From an uncultured Acidimicrobiales bacterium (GTDB lineage: Bacteria > Actinomycetota > Acidimicrobiia > Acidimicrobiales > UBA10347), in assembly GCA_943788915.1 (NCBI GenBank), contig CALSSD010000010.1, forward strand, positions 744,001-808,000: 64,000 nucleotides of DNA. The letters run 5' to 3'. Below, piece after piece: positions 21,618 to 32,067 of this stretch. The position numbers were made by a program, and so were the translations under genes. The notes under the pieces were generated by a model that searched no databases, was not told the DNA's origin, and saw only the letters and a program-made list of their open reading frames with translations. Each line of letters starts with the position of its first letter. Position 1 is the first letter of the stretch.

Positions 21618-22463
21618 ATGTCCGTACTTGACCCGCGCCGCCGTCGCCGAACAACACTCATACTGCTACTCCTGACGTCGATCACCTTGCTGTCGCTCGA
21701 CTACCAAGGTTTTCGGCCGCTCAACCAGGTGCAGTCAGCGGTTCGGAGCATCGTCGATCCGCTCGCGGGTAGCTCCGACTCGGTCACCTCACCAATCACC
21801 AATGCGTGGCGGTCCTTCAGCGAGTTTGATGACCTCGAGGAGGAAAACACCCGGTTGAAGGATGAGCTCGCGGAACTGCAAGGCAACTCCATCCAGGCAA
21901 GCGCAGCAGAGGGCACGCTACGTGCCCTGCTCGAGGAGATCGAGATTGATTACATCGGCGGCGCAGACACGATTGTCGCTCAGGTCATCGACCGCCCCAG
22001 CAACTTCGAGAGCTATTCGATAGAGATCGATCGGGGTACGAACGACGGGTTACGTCGTGGTATGCCGGTCGTCACCAGCGCTGGTTTGGTCGGACGTGTC
22101 AGCGAGGTACAAGACGGTTTCAGTCAGGTCCGCCTGCTTCACCAGCCTGACTTCCCGCTTGGAATCCGAGTCGTGGGCGCTGGCGAAGTAGCGCTCGCAC
22201 GGGGCCAAGGGATCGGTGAAGATCTGCAGGTCAAGGAGGGGATCACCGAAGAAACAGCGATCAAGGTGGGGGACCCGGTCGTCACCAGCGGCATCGAAGG
22301 AAGTTCGTACCCACCGGACTTAGCGGTCGGCGTCATAAGTGGTGTTGAGTTCGATTCGCAACTACTCGAACAAGAAATCAGCGTGCGGCCCGTTGCTGAT
22401 CTCACAGATCTTCGCTTCGTGACGGTAATTCTGTGGACAGTTGATGGAGACTCAACACCGTGA
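21618..22463 (+). CDS. mreC: Rod shape-determining protein MreC
   Basis: N-terminal TM, coiled coil, IDRGTNDG, GLVGRV, GDPVVTSG; follows mreB. Confidence 0.93.
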   Translation: MSVLDPRRRRRTTLILLLLTSITLLSLDYQGFRPLNQVQSAVRSIVDPLAGSSDSVTSPITNAWRSFSEFDDLEEENTRLKDELAELQGNSIQASAAEGTLRALLEEIEIDYIGGADTIVAQVIDRPSNFESYSIEIDRGTNDGLRRGMPVVTSAGLVGRVSEVQDGFSQVRLLHQPDFPLGIRVVGAGEVALARGQGIGEDLQVKEGITEETAIKVGDPVVTSGIEGSSYPPDLAVGVISGVEFDSQLLEQEISVRPVADLTDLRFVTVILWTVDGDSTP

Positions 22464-22553
22464 CACAGCTTGGGACACAGCTTGGGACACAGCTTGGGAC
22501 ACAGCTTGGGACACAGCTTGGGACACAGCTTGGGACACAGCTTGGAACACAGC
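22462..22553. repeat. 12-bp tandem repeat GACACAGCTTGG x7 plus a degenerate eighth
   Basis: Seven exact units 22462-22545, then AACACAGC. Confidence 0.95.
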
Positions 22554-22572
22554 GTGAAGGCCAGGTTGCACG

Positions 22573-23088
22573 ATGAGGTCGGCATGGGGCCTGCGTGTGG
22601 TCTTGATCGCCATGTTGGTGCTGATCTTCCATCTTGATGTCTCCCCGGATTTGAGCGTTGCCGGGGTCGCCGCAGAACTACCACTAGGTTTGGCGATTGC
22701 TGCAGGCCTCGCCGGTGGGGCCGAACGAGGCGCGTACTTTGGATTCTTCTTCGGCTTTGCTGTGGACCTTTTCTTCTTCACCCCAATTGGTCTGCGAGCG
22801 CTGATCTTCGGGATAGTCGGGTGGGCTGCTGGTCACCTCTTTCTCGATCGGATCGAAGAGTCGCCGGTGATGTCAGCAGTGGCAATTGGCAGTGGAACTG
22901 CTCTGGGGCTCACTGCGTTTGCCGGTCTTGGGATAGCGCTTGGTGAGACAGCACTGCTCGAATCGCCGATCACCCGCATTGTGCTGATTGCTTCGTTGAT
23001 CAACGCGGTGCTTGCGGTGTTGCTTATGTGGGTGGCGCATTGGATGTGGGCCGTGGATCCAATGGGGCAGAAACGGTTCGCCACATGA
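22573..23088 (+). CDS. mreD: Rod shape-determining protein MreD
   Basis: Multi-TM protein, GAYFGFFFGFAVDL...TPIG, located between mreC and mrdA. Confidence 0.88.
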   Translation: MRSAWGLRVVLIAMLVLIFHLDVSPDLSVAGVAAELPLGLAIAAGLAGGAERGAYFGFFFGFAVDLFFFTPIGLRALIFGIVGWAAGHLFLDRIEESPVMSAVAIGSGTALGLTAFAGLGIALGETALLESPITRIVLIASLINAVLAVLLMWVAHWMWAVDPMGQKRFAT

Positions 23089-25292
23089 ACGACCGGTCGC
23101 CGCTCCGGCTGGCGATGTTGGGGGTGCTGGTTCTCGGCCTTTTTGTGTCGCTCTTTGCGCGCCTGTGGTATTTGCAGGTTGCCGAAGAGCAGCGAGACGC
23201 GGCACAACAAGTGGCGCAGGAAAATTTGTTCCGCACCGTGTACACCTCGGCGCCCCGGGGTCGAGTGCTTGATCGCAACGACAATGTGTTGATCGATAAC
23301 CGACTCGTCAACGAGGTTGTGGTCGACAAGTTCTCGCTGAATGAGTCGCTTCCTCGTGAATCGGATCGCCGTGAATTTGCCATCAAGTTGGCGCGCGAGA
23401 TCAGCTCAGCTGGGCGGCTCATCAAGGCTGCAGATATCGAGTCGGCGTTGAGGGACCCCAGGTACGGACCGTTCGATGTTGTGCCAATCGTCAAGGATGT
23501 CCCCGAACGCTTCAGCATCTTGATCGGCGAGCGCGAAGACGATTTCCCTGGTGTCGAAGTCCGTAAAACCAATGTTCGTTTCTACCCCTATGGCCAACGG
23601 GCGTCCCACCTGCTTGGTTACGTCGGAGCGATCAACGCTCCGACCTATGAGCAGGTGCGTGAAAGCGTCAAGCTGTACCAACCAACCGACGAAATCGGTA
23701 TTACCGGGGTCGAGGCCAGCTTCGAAGACATCTTGAGAGGAACACCGCAGGTCGAAGTCATCGAGGTCGATGCCGCAGGAGACCGCATCGCCGTTATCAG
23801 CGCGGCCGAAGCTGTTCCTGGTAACGATGTGCGGCTGACCCTCGATATCAACCTGCAGGCGCTCGTGGAGCAGGAGCTGTCCAATGGCATTCGAAGTGCC
23901 CGCCAGCGGCTTGACGATACCGATGAAGACAATATTGTGCCGTATAACGCTCCCGGCGGGGCAATGGTGCTGCTTGATCCTGATGGTTCGCGGATCCTGG
24001 CCATGGCGTCGTATCCAACCTATGACCAGCGGTTGTTCTTGGGTGGCATTAGCCAGCGGGCGTACGACGTCCTAGACGCAGACGAAACCAAACCGCTATT
24101 CGACCGAGCTGCACAAGCTGAATATGCACCTGGCTCGACCTTCAAGCTGATCACCGCCTACGCAGCGCTGGACTCAGGCCTGCTTGGGGCCCGCGGTTAC
24201 CTCAAACGTAGCCAGTTCCTGGTCGACGAGGGTACGTGGGCGATTCCTGGATGTGCTGGTCCTGGTTGTGTGTTGCGGAACGCAGCCAACAAGGATCTGG
24301 GTGCGGTCGACCTGGAGCTGGCCATCACCGAGTCGAGCAATGTGTTCTTCGGCCAGTTGGGTTACCAGTTCAACGTCCGCCAGGGGTTCCAGTCACAACA
24401 ACTCATCGATGCTGCTCAAGATTTTGGATATGGGCTGGACTATGCGGCTGTACCGAATGCAAATGCAGGCCAGGTCCCCGTCCCCGCGAGCGCTGGTGAG
24501 TCAGCCAATATGGCCGTGGGCCAGGGTTTCGTGTTGGCCACCCCGCTGCAGATCGCGAACTCCTATGCAGCGATAGCGAACCGCGGTCAGGTCTACTCAC
24601 CGATGCTCGCCGAAGCCGTCATCGACGCAGCCACCAACGAAGTCCTTCTCGAGTTCCCGACCCGGCTCATCCATGAGCTCTATATGCCCGATGAGTTCTA
24701 TGGCCCCCTTGTCGACGGGCTCGCCGGCGTGACTCAGAGCGAAGAAGGCACCGCCTATCTGGCGTTTGAGTCCTTCCCGAGTTCGTCCTTCACGGTCTGC
24801 GGTAAGACAGGAACCGTCGAAAACCCGCCAAAACAGGACAACGCAGCGTTTGCCGCGTTTGCTCCGTGCCAGAATCCCCAGTATGCGGCGGTTGCCTATA
24901 TCGAACAGGCCGGCCTGGGCGGTGACTCGGCAGCACCAGTCGTAGCTGCCGTGTTCGGCCGAATTGCTACCGGCGACATCGATGTTGTTCCCACCGAAGC
25001 AGAAGCTGATGACCTCATCAGCGAAGCAGATGCGCTGGCGGCTGAAGAGGCCCGCCTGCAGTCCGAGGTCGAAGCTGCTGCTCAAGCTGAAGCTGAACAA
25101 CTCGCGGCGGAGCTTGCGGCCGCGAATCCAGATGGTGTTGGTGACTTCGAGGTACTTGTGCCAGATGGATCCGATCAGGCCGCATCCCCAGCCAGACTGG
25201 ACGAAGCCGAAGCGCCGGGCGAAAGTGAAGAGTCAGACCGAGACGACGTGCTTGTGTTGGTGCCTGACCCCGAAGGAGATGGCGAACCATGA
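23085..25292 (+). CDS. mrdA: Penicillin-binding protein 2 with acidic C-terminal tail
   Basis: APRGRVLDRN, PGSTFK (SxxK), SSN, KTGT. Confidence 0.95.
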   Translation: MNDRSPLRLAMLGVLVLGLFVSLFARLWYLQVAEEQRDAAQQVAQENLFRTVYTSAPRGRVLDRNDNVLIDNRLVNEVVVDKFSLNESLPRESDRREFAIKLAREISSAGRLIKAADIESALRDPRYGPFDVVPIVKDVPERFSILIGEREDDFPGVEVRKTNVRFYPYGQRASHLLGYVGAINAPTYEQVRESVKLYQPTDEIGITGVEASFEDILRGTPQVEVIEVDAAGDRIAVISAAEAVPGNDVRLTLDINLQALVEQELSNGIRSARQRLDDTDEDNIVPYNAPGGAMVLLDPDGSRILAMASYPTYDQRLFLGGISQRAYDVLDADETKPLFDRAAQAEYAPGSTFKLITAYAALDSGLLGARGYLKRSQFLVDEGTWAIPGCAGPGCVLRNAANKDLGAVDLELAITESSNVFFGQLGYQFNVRQGFQSQQLIDAAQDFGYGLDYAAVPNANAGQVPVPASAGESANMAVGQGFVLATPLQIANSYAAIANRGQVYSPMLAEAVIDAATNEVLLEFPTRLIHELYMPDEFYGPLVDGLAGVTQSEEGTAYLAFESFPSSSFTVCGKTGTVENPPKQDNAAFAAFAPCQNPQYAAVAYIEQAGLGGDSAAPVVAAVFGRIATGDIDVVPTEAEADDLISEADALAAEEARLQSEVEAAAQAEAEQLAAELAAANPDGVGDFEVLVPDGSDQAASPARLDEAEAPGESEESDRDDVLVLVPDPEGDGEP

Positions 25293-26461
25293 CGATGATC
25301 CAGACATCAGGTTCCCTCAACCCTCGTAGCGACCCTGCGTCGCCGTGGTGGCACGTCGATATTTCACCAGTGCTGGCCACGATAGGGCTCGGAATCATCG
25401 GACTCTTCGGTATCTACAGCGCAACCCGAGGGCGCGACGACGAGAACTACATCACTACCTTTGTCGAACGACAAACCATATTTCTTGTCATTGGTCTGGT
25501 CTTGGTCGTCGGAATTGTCTTCTTCGACTATCGCTGGCTTCTCCGATTGGCACCACTCGCGTTTTTCGCCACGATTGCACTGTTGACTCTTGTGTTGTTC
25601 GCAGGCGTCGAAGTAAACGGCGCAACGTCGTGGTTCGAGTTCGGGGGTTTCCGGGCCCAACCCTCGGAGTTCGCCAAGATTGGTTTGATCGTTACGATCG
25701 CAGCGCTCCTGAGCCGGAATCGTTATGGCACGTTGCCGCTCAGTTCGCTGATCACCATCATCGTGGTCGCGTGTGTCCCCATTGGTCTGGTCGTGCTGCA
25801 GCCCGATATCGGTACCGCGATGGTGATGCTGACCATTACCGCAGCCATGTTGATGGTTGGTCGAGCCGAGGCCCACCACCTGATGTTCCTGGTGCTTGTC
25901 GCTGCTCTGGCCGTCGGCTTGTTAATGAACTCCACGCTGCTACAGGACTATCAGCGGGCTCGACTCGAGTCGTTTCTTGATCCGGCGGCAAACAGCGTGG
26001 CGGCCTACAACCAAGAGCAGGCGCAGATAGCGATTGGCAATGGCGGTATCACCGGAACTGGTTTTGGGAAAGGAACTCAAACCAAGTCAGGACTTGTGCC
26101 CGAGCAGCAGACCGACTTCATCTTCACCGTTATTGGCGAAGAGTTCGGTTTTGTCGGGGGCAGCGTCGTGCTCGGTTGTTTTGCTCTGCTGCTGTGGCGG
26201 CTCTATCGCATGGCCAGATTGGCGGGTGACGCCTTCGGTAGTTATTTGATAACCGGCGTGTTCGCCATGTTCGCGTTCCAGATGTTCCAGTCGATCGGGA
26301 TGACCATGGGCATTATGCCGGTCACCGGTATTCCGTTGCCGTTCGTGTCGTCTGGCGGTTCATCGGTGATCGCGTCGTACATCGGCGTCGGTATCGCTCT
26401 GTCGGTTCACATGCGGCGTTTTACAGCCGGCATCGATGATGAGGTCGGGCAGCTCGGTTGA
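25289..26461 (+). CDS. rodA: SEDS protein RodA
   Basis: QPSEFAK, LQPDIGT, PEQQTDFIF, PVTGIPLPFVSSGGSS. Confidence 0.95.
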   Translation: MTMIQTSGSLNPRSDPASPWWHVDISPVLATIGLGIIGLFGIYSATRGRDDENYITTFVERQTIFLVIGLVLVVGIVFFDYRWLLRLAPLAFFATIALLTLVLFAGVEVNGATSWFEFGGFRAQPSEFAKIGLIVTIAALLSRNRYGTLPLSSLITIIVVACVPIGLVVLQPDIGTAMVMLTITAAMLMVGRAEAHHLMFLVLVAALAVGLLMNSTLLQDYQRARLESFLDPAANSVAAYNQEQAQIAIGNGGITGTGFGKGTQTKSGLVPEQQTDFIFTVIGEEFGFVGGSVVLGCFALLLWRLYRMARLAGDAFGSYLITGVFAMFAFQMFQSIGMTMGIMPVTGIPLPFVSSGGSSVIASYIGVGIALSVHMRRFTAGIDDEVGQLG

Positions 26462-26685
26462 CCAGCTGCTGATACCGCGCTCGCGATGCAGGCGGCATGT
26501 GTCTCAGCCCCGGACTCCCGCCTGGTAAAGGCCGTCTGTTGCCGACCAAGTGGGGTGGGGTATCGGGGCGGGGTGTGGCGGCGAGTCCTCGGGCGGCCGC
26601 TCGGTAGTCAGCGTTGGCCAACTCGGGACATAGATGCCGCCAGGTGTTGACTGAATCGAGGAAATCATGCAGACACAAGGTTCGA

Positions 26686-26775
26686 GAGCCACGCGACTTC
26701 GGGCCACACAACCTCGGGCCGCGCGACTTCGGGCCACACAACCTCGGGCCGCGCGACTTCGGGCCGCGCGACTTC
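26686..26775. repeat. 15-bp tandem repeat x6 with two alternating variants
   Basis: GGGCCGCGCGACTTC and GGGCCACACAACCTC units. Confidence 0.9.
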
Positions 26776-27025
26776 CAGCCCGTCAACGTCTGTCGCTTCT
26801 ATGCGTAAGTCGTCCGACACACAATCTCCTATCGACGCTGCAAACGTCGCCAATTGTTCTGCCATGGCGGTAGTCGAACCACCTCTATGGTGATCGGCGA
26901 AAAAGCTGCTTCGCCTGCACAAGTAACAGTTAGGCAGGGAAGTTAGGGCGAGCGAGGTTCAACGGCGCATGGGTGTCGTGCAATGAGCCGGGGTCCGTGG
27001 CTCGTTGACGGCTATCCTCATTCGA

Positions 27026-28996
27026 ATGTCTTCGTCACTTTGGGATCAGCTAGAGCCACTGCTCGCCCGGGTGGAAAAACCTGCCCGTTATATCGGCTGT
27101 GAGGACGGCGCGATCGAGCCCGAATACACCGACGGTGTGGTCAGCTGGTTGCTGACGTACCCGGATACCTATGAGATCGGCCTCCCCAATCAGGGCCTGC
27201 AGATCCTGTACGAAATCCTGAACGAACGCAACGACGCTGTGGCTGAACGTTCCTATGCGCCCTGGACCGACCTCGAAGCCGAGATGCGTGAGCACAACCT
27301 GCCACTCTTTTCGGTTGATACACACCGCCCGGCTCGTGACTTCGATGTCATTGCCTTCAACCTGTCGTCTGAACTCGTCTACACGAACGTGTTGAACTGC
27401 ATCGACCTCGCTGGTGTGCCGATTCGGGCAGAAGATCGTGATCACACCCACCCCATCGTCGGCGCGGGTGGCCATGCAACCTTTAACCCGGAGCCAATGG
27501 CCGCATTCTTTGACTGGGTCGGACTCGGCGACGGCGAAGAAATTGTCGGCGACGTCACTGCTGTTGTTAAGGCATGGAAAGACTCTGGCAGTACCGATCG
27601 CGAAGAAGTCTTGCGAGAGATGTCCAAGATCCAGGGTGTCTACGTGCCCTCCATGTACATGCCTTCGTTCGAAGAGGGTGTCACGGACACGCCGAAGCTC
27701 GTGGCAATGACCCCACGTTTCTCCGATGTGCCCGAAGTCGTCGAGAAACGCACGGTTGCTGACCTGGCCGATTGGCCCTACCCCAAGAACCAGCTTGTTC
27801 CGTTGACCGAGGTCGTTCACGACCGTCTCAGCGTCGAGGTCTTCCGGGGTTGCACCCGAGGCTGTCGGTTCTGTCAGGCCGGCATGATCACCCGCCCGGT
27901 GCGCGAACGCCCGGCCGAGCAGGTCCGGCAGATGATCCAAGATGGTGTGCGCCGCACCGGTTACGACGAGGTTGCGCTTACATCGCTTTCGACCGCTGAC
28001 TTCAGTGGCATCGTCGATGTCGTCAAGGCAACAATCGACGACGAAGAGATGGGCTGCAGCGACGTCTCGGTGTCGTTGCCAAGCCTGCGCGTCGATGCCT
28101 TTACTGTGGATATCGCGGCCGAACTGCAACGTGGTCGCCGCTCCGGGCTCACATTTGCTCCCGAGGCCGGCACATGGCGTATGCGCCAGGTGATCAACAA
28201 GCTGATCACCGAAGAAGACCTGTATGCCTCGGTCGAGGGTGCGTTCTCCCAAGGCTGGCGCCGAGTCAAGTTGTACTTCCTGACCGGCCTGCCAACCGAA
28301 ACCGACGAAGACACACTCGGTATTGCTGAACTGGGCCGCAAATGTGTTGAGATCGGCCGCAAGTACACGAATGCGGCATCGGTCACGGTGTCGGTGGGTG
28401 GCTTCGTGCCCAAGCCGTTCACCCCATTCCAGTGGTTCGGACAGAACACGATCGAAGAGCTAAACCGCAAAATTTACCTGCTGCGAGACGAGGTCAAGAA
28501 GACCAAGGGCTTGCAGATGAAATGGCATGACCCCAAGGCAACTTTTGTCGAAGGCATGCTCACCCGAGGCGATCGTCGTCTGGGCCCTGTTATCGAACAG
28601 GTGTGGCGCGAAGGTGGCACGTTCCAGGAGTGGAGCGAACACTTCGACGTCGAAAAGTGGGACCAAGCGATGGCCGACGCCGGCCTACCAATTGAGTTCT
28701 TCACCTACCGGCACCGAGAAGAAGACGAAGTCTTCCCCTGGGATCATCTCAATGCCGGACTTCATAAGGACTTCCTCTGGCACGACTGGCGCGATGCGCT
28801 CAACGAGGTCGGGCTCGAGGATTGCCGGTGGACGCCTTGCTACGACTGTGGCGCGTGTACTGGTTACGGGATCGAGCATGTAGTTGCCTCGGCAACACCC
28901 CCAGCGGGTGGCAGCCAGGGCACCGGCCAGGACCTAGCCCGCGGGCACGAGGTTCCGGTCGATCTACTTGCTCGTCCATCGCTGAGCACCGCATGA
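27026..28996 (+). CDS. TIGR03960-type radical SAM protein
   Basis: VEKPARY, YPDTYEIG, RGCTRGCRFC, C-terminal DCRWTPCYDCGAC. Confidence 0.92.
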   Translation: MSSSLWDQLEPLLARVEKPARYIGCEDGAIEPEYTDGVVSWLLTYPDTYEIGLPNQGLQILYEILNERNDAVAERSYAPWTDLEAEMREHNLPLFSVDTHRPARDFDVIAFNLSSELVYTNVLNCIDLAGVPIRAEDRDHTHPIVGAGGHATFNPEPMAAFFDWVGLGDGEEIVGDVTAVVKAWKDSGSTDREEVLREMSKIQGVYVPSMYMPSFEEGVTDTPKLVAMTPRFSDVPEVVEKRTVADLADWPYPKNQLVPLTEVVHDRLSVEVFRGCTRGCRFCQAGMITRPVRERPAEQVRQMIQDGVRRTGYDEVALTSLSTADFSGIVDVVKATIDDEEMGCSDVSVSLPSLRVDAFTVDIAAELQRGRRSGLTFAPEAGTWRMRQVINKLITEEDLYASVEGAFSQGWRRVKLYFLTGLPTETDEDTLGIAELGRKCVEIGRKYTNAASVTVSVGGFVPKPFTPFQWFGQNTIEELNRKIYLLRDEVKKTKGLQMKWHDPKATFVEGMLTRGDRRLGPVIEQVWREGGTFQEWSEHFDVEKWDQAMADAGLPIEFFTYRHREEDEVFPWDHLNAGLHKDFLWHDWRDALNEVGLEDCRWTPCYDCGACTGYGIEHVVASATPPAGGSQGTGQDLARGHEVPVDLLARPSLSTA

Positions 28997-29078
28997 GCGA
29001 AGTCCAGCTTTTCGCTTGTACCTCGCTGAAACCCAGTTGGTCGTATACGGGTCGACAGCCCGCGCCTGAGGCTCAGCA

Positions 29079-29810
29079 ATGAGTCCGGTGCGTAAACCTC
29101 AGGTACGCGTGCGGTACTCCAAACTTGGCAAACTGCGATTCACGAGCCATCGAGATATGGCCCGAATCTGGGAACGTTCCGTGCGACGGTTGCAACTGCC
29201 GATCGCCTACAGCGAAGGTTTCTCGCCCCGAGCGAAATTGTCGTTCGGGCTAGCGCTTCCCACTGTGTTCGAGTCACAGGCTGAATTTGTCGATCTCACA
29301 TTTACTGAACCCGTAGGGGTCGACGCGCTGCCAGAACAATTGACCGAGGTACTCCCACAGGGCATCACGGTTACTGGCGGAGTAGTGCTGGAAGGAAAGG
29401 TTGCGTCACTCCAAGAGAGTGTCGAAGCCACTAGTTGGTCGTTGTTTGTCGACGGCGACCTCGACGAGTTGCGCACATGGTCTGGGGACCTGCTCGCAGC
29501 CGATGAATTGCTCGTAACCCGCGAGCGCAAGGGTAAAAGCAGCACCGACGATGTGCGTCCTGCCGTATTGGCAGTCGAAGTACGTCCGAATGCCGACACG
29601 GAAGTGCCGGCAGCTGTCGAGATCTACGCCGAATTGGCGACCAAACCCCGCGCGCTACGACCACTCGAGCTCCTCGACATCAAATCGCCGGACCTCACGC
29701 TTAAGCGTGGCCGGCGAATCAACCAATTTGTAACGCCTGTTGGCGCCCGACTCGATCCACTCGAAGTCGGTGCAGCCGAGGCATTACTCGACGCAGAAAT
29801 TGCGTCATGA
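29079..29810 (+). CDS. TIGR03936-type radical SAM-associated protein
   Basis: RYSKLGKLRFTSHRD, AYSEGFSPR; follows the radical SAM gene. Confidence 0.92.
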   Translation: MSPVRKPQVRVRYSKLGKLRFTSHRDMARIWERSVRRLQLPIAYSEGFSPRAKLSFGLALPTVFESQAEFVDLTFTEPVGVDALPEQLTEVLPQGITVTGGVVLEGKVASLQESVEATSWSLFVDGDLDELRTWSGDLLAADELLVTRERKGKSSTDDVRPAVLAVEVRPNADTEVPAAVEIYAELATKPRALRPLELLDIKSPDLTLKRGRRINQFVTPVGARLDPLEVGAAEALLDAEIAS

Positions 29811-29825
29811 GAAGGAGAACTAATC

Positions 29826-31619
29826 ATGTCAGACTCATCAGGGTCAGAGACATCTAAATCCCAGCGGGCGTCATCTGACGGCAGCGGCGGCGGAAACAAC
29901 CGCAATCGAAACCGGTCTCGCAATCGCGGCGGCCAGAACAAACAACAAGAGTCGTCCAAACCAAAGGTCGGCGACTCACGCCCCGCACCAGCGCAGGCCA
30001 GAGGCGGCCAGGACACAGACAATCGAAACGGTGGCGCCAAGAACCGCGGTGACCAGAACCGTGACGACCGGGGCGGGCGCAATCAGGGCGGCCAGAGCCG
30101 TGACACTCAGAGCCGTGACACTCAAAACGGTGGCGGCCACAACCGCGACGCACAAGACGGTTCGGGCGAAGGGCGACGTCGTCGCCGTCGAGGCGGTCGT
30201 GGACGTGGCCGAGGGCGTAAACCACAAGAGTTGGCCAACATTCAACTCGATGAAGCAACGATGGCTAAACGCCGGGGTAAGGAACGCGATGGCCGGCCAA
30301 TCGGTCGGTACCTCATGGCGGTCCACGTGCACAACGACACCCGCCACATCGCGATCCTCGAGGGTCGCACGCTGATTGAGTACTACGTCTCGCGTCCGAC
30401 CGACGACGTCACCCAGATTCACGGCAACGTCTACATGGGCCGTGTTCAGAACGTGCTTCCGGGTATGGAAGCTGCATTCATCGACATCTCCACGCCAAAG
30501 AACGCAGTGTTGTACCGCGGCGATGTCCAGTACAACCCCAAAGAGTTCGAAGGAACCCGCGGCGTGCCCCGCATCGAGCAGATGCTGAAGGCCAAACAGA
30601 TGATTCTGTGTCAGGTCGTAAAGAACCCCATCGCTCATAAGGGTGCCCGACTCACGCAAGAAGTTTCGTTGCCAGGTCGTTTCGTGGTGCTTGTGCCCAA
30701 CAGCGACACCTACGGCATCTCCAAGCGACTGCCAGACAAGGAACGTCAGCGTCTTCGCAAGACGCTCGATCGGATCAAGCCGAAGGAGCACGGCTTGATC
30801 GTGCGCACTGCGGCCGAAGATGTTACCGACGAGGAACTCCAGCGCGATGTCGCTCGGCTGCTGAACCAATGGGAAGTCATCGTCGACGACTCGAAGAGGC
30901 AGGGTGGCCCACGTCTGCTTAACCGTGAGCCTGACCTCGCCGTACGCCTGATCCGTGAAGAGTTCACCAAGGATTTCCGAGGTGTGGTCCTCGACGACAA
31001 CACCCTGTTCGAAGAGGTGAGCGGTTACATGGATGCCGTCACGCCTGCTCTGGCCGATCGCATCGAGTACTACGACACCAAGTCCGAAGGTATTGATCTG
31101 TTCGAGAAGTACCACGTGTACGAACAGTTGCAGAAGGCGCTCGACAAGAAGGTGTGGCTACCATCAGGCGGTTCCCTGATCATTGAACACACCGAAGCTC
31201 TCACAGTCATCGATGTAAACACGGGCAAGAACGTCGGATCGAAGAGCCTCGAAGACACCGTGTTCAAGAACAACCTCGAAGCGGCCCGTGAAACGGCACG
31301 CCAACTACGACTGCGTGATATCGGCGGCATCATTGTGATCGACTTCGTCGACATGGAGAACCGCAAGAATCGTGCCGAGGTCGTGCGGGTATTCCGTGAG
31401 GAACTGGCACTCGACAAGACCCGCACCCAGGTCTACGACATCGGCGATCTCGGCCTGGTCGAGATGACCCGGAAACGCATCGGCGAAGGCCTGCTCGAGT
31501 CAGTAAGCACCGGTTGTTTCACGTGTGAATCAAACGGTCTATTGTTCGACGACACATTGTTCGGTCACCGCCAAGCAATCCCTGGCCCGAGCGTCTCCCA
31601 AGTCACCAACCCGAAGTAG
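29826..31619 (+). CDS. rne: Ribonuclease E/G family
   Basis: Arg/Gly-rich N-tail, VLPGMEAAFID, KGARLT, IDVNTG, RLRDIGGIIVIDF. Confidence 0.95.
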   Translation: MSDSSGSETSKSQRASSDGSGGGNNRNRNRSRNRGGQNKQQESSKPKVGDSRPAPAQARGGQDTDNRNGGAKNRGDQNRDDRGGRNQGGQSRDTQSRDTQNGGGHNRDAQDGSGEGRRRRRRGGRGRGRGRKPQELANIQLDEATMAKRRGKERDGRPIGRYLMAVHVHNDTRHIAILEGRTLIEYYVSRPTDDVTQIHGNVYMGRVQNVLPGMEAAFIDISTPKNAVLYRGDVQYNPKEFEGTRGVPRIEQMLKAKQMILCQVVKNPIAHKGARLTQEVSLPGRFVVLVPNSDTYGISKRLPDKERQRLRKTLDRIKPKEHGLIVRTAAEDVTDEELQRDVARLLNQWEVIVDDSKRQGGPRLLNREPDLAVRLIREEFTKDFRGVVLDDNTLFEEVSGYMDAVTPALADRIEYYDTKSEGIDLFEKYHVYEQLQKALDKKVWLPSGGSLIIEHTEALTVIDVNTGKNVGSKSLEDTVFKNNLEAARETARQLRLRDIGGIIVIDFVDMENRKNRAEVVRVFREELALDKTRTQVYDIGDLGLVEMTRKRIGEGLLESVSTGCFTCESNGLLFDDTLFGHRQAIPGPSVSQVTNPK

Positions 31620-31754
31620 TCCAGCGACCACCAGAACAAGCAAGAACCCGACGGTTGAATAACGGCCTGTCAGGTTCACAAATCTGGGGGTGTGACCAAG
31701 TTTGCGTCCGAGTAAGGCCGCAACTGTTAGTAGGACAGTTAGGATGTCGCAGTT

Positions 31755-32063
31755 ATGTATGCAGTAGTCGCCACCGGCGGAAAACAGTACAAGGTCGAAC
31801 AAGGCCAGGTCCTGGAAGTTGAACGCGTTGGTGCCATCGGCAGCGACATTGATCTTCGTCCAGTGCTTGTAGTTGATGGGTCGACCGTGTTGTCGAACCC
31901 CACTGATCTCGCAGGCGCTTCGGTTTCGGCCAAGGTGCTCGACGAAGTCAAGGGCCCCAAGATCAACGGCTTCGTTTACAAGAATGCCAGCAATAACCGT
32001 CGTCGGTGGGGTCACCGTCAGACGCTTGCTCGCATCGAAATCACCGGAATCTCGAAGGGATAA
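31755..32063 (+). CDS. rplU: 50S ribosomal protein L21
   Basis: [18 protein letters not shown]. Confidence 0.98.
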   Translation: MYAVVATGGKQYKVEQGQVLEVERVGAIGSDIDLRPVLVVDGSTVLSNPTDLAGASVSAKVLDEVKGPKINGFVYKNASNNRRRWGHRQTLARIEITGISKG

Positions 32064-32067
32064 CGCC

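Noticed and set aside
22462..26775. Tandem repeats at 22462 and 26686 as CRISPR arrays
   Set aside because: Head-to-tail units with no unique spacers.
30093..30122. 15-bp duplication in the rne N-terminus
   Set aside because: Ordinary in-frame slippage in a disordered tail.
11927..31115. Long antisense ORFs such as 11927..13213, 14545..15780, 27050..28252 and 29976..31115
   Set aside because: Shadows of real genes in high-GC DNA; no motifs.
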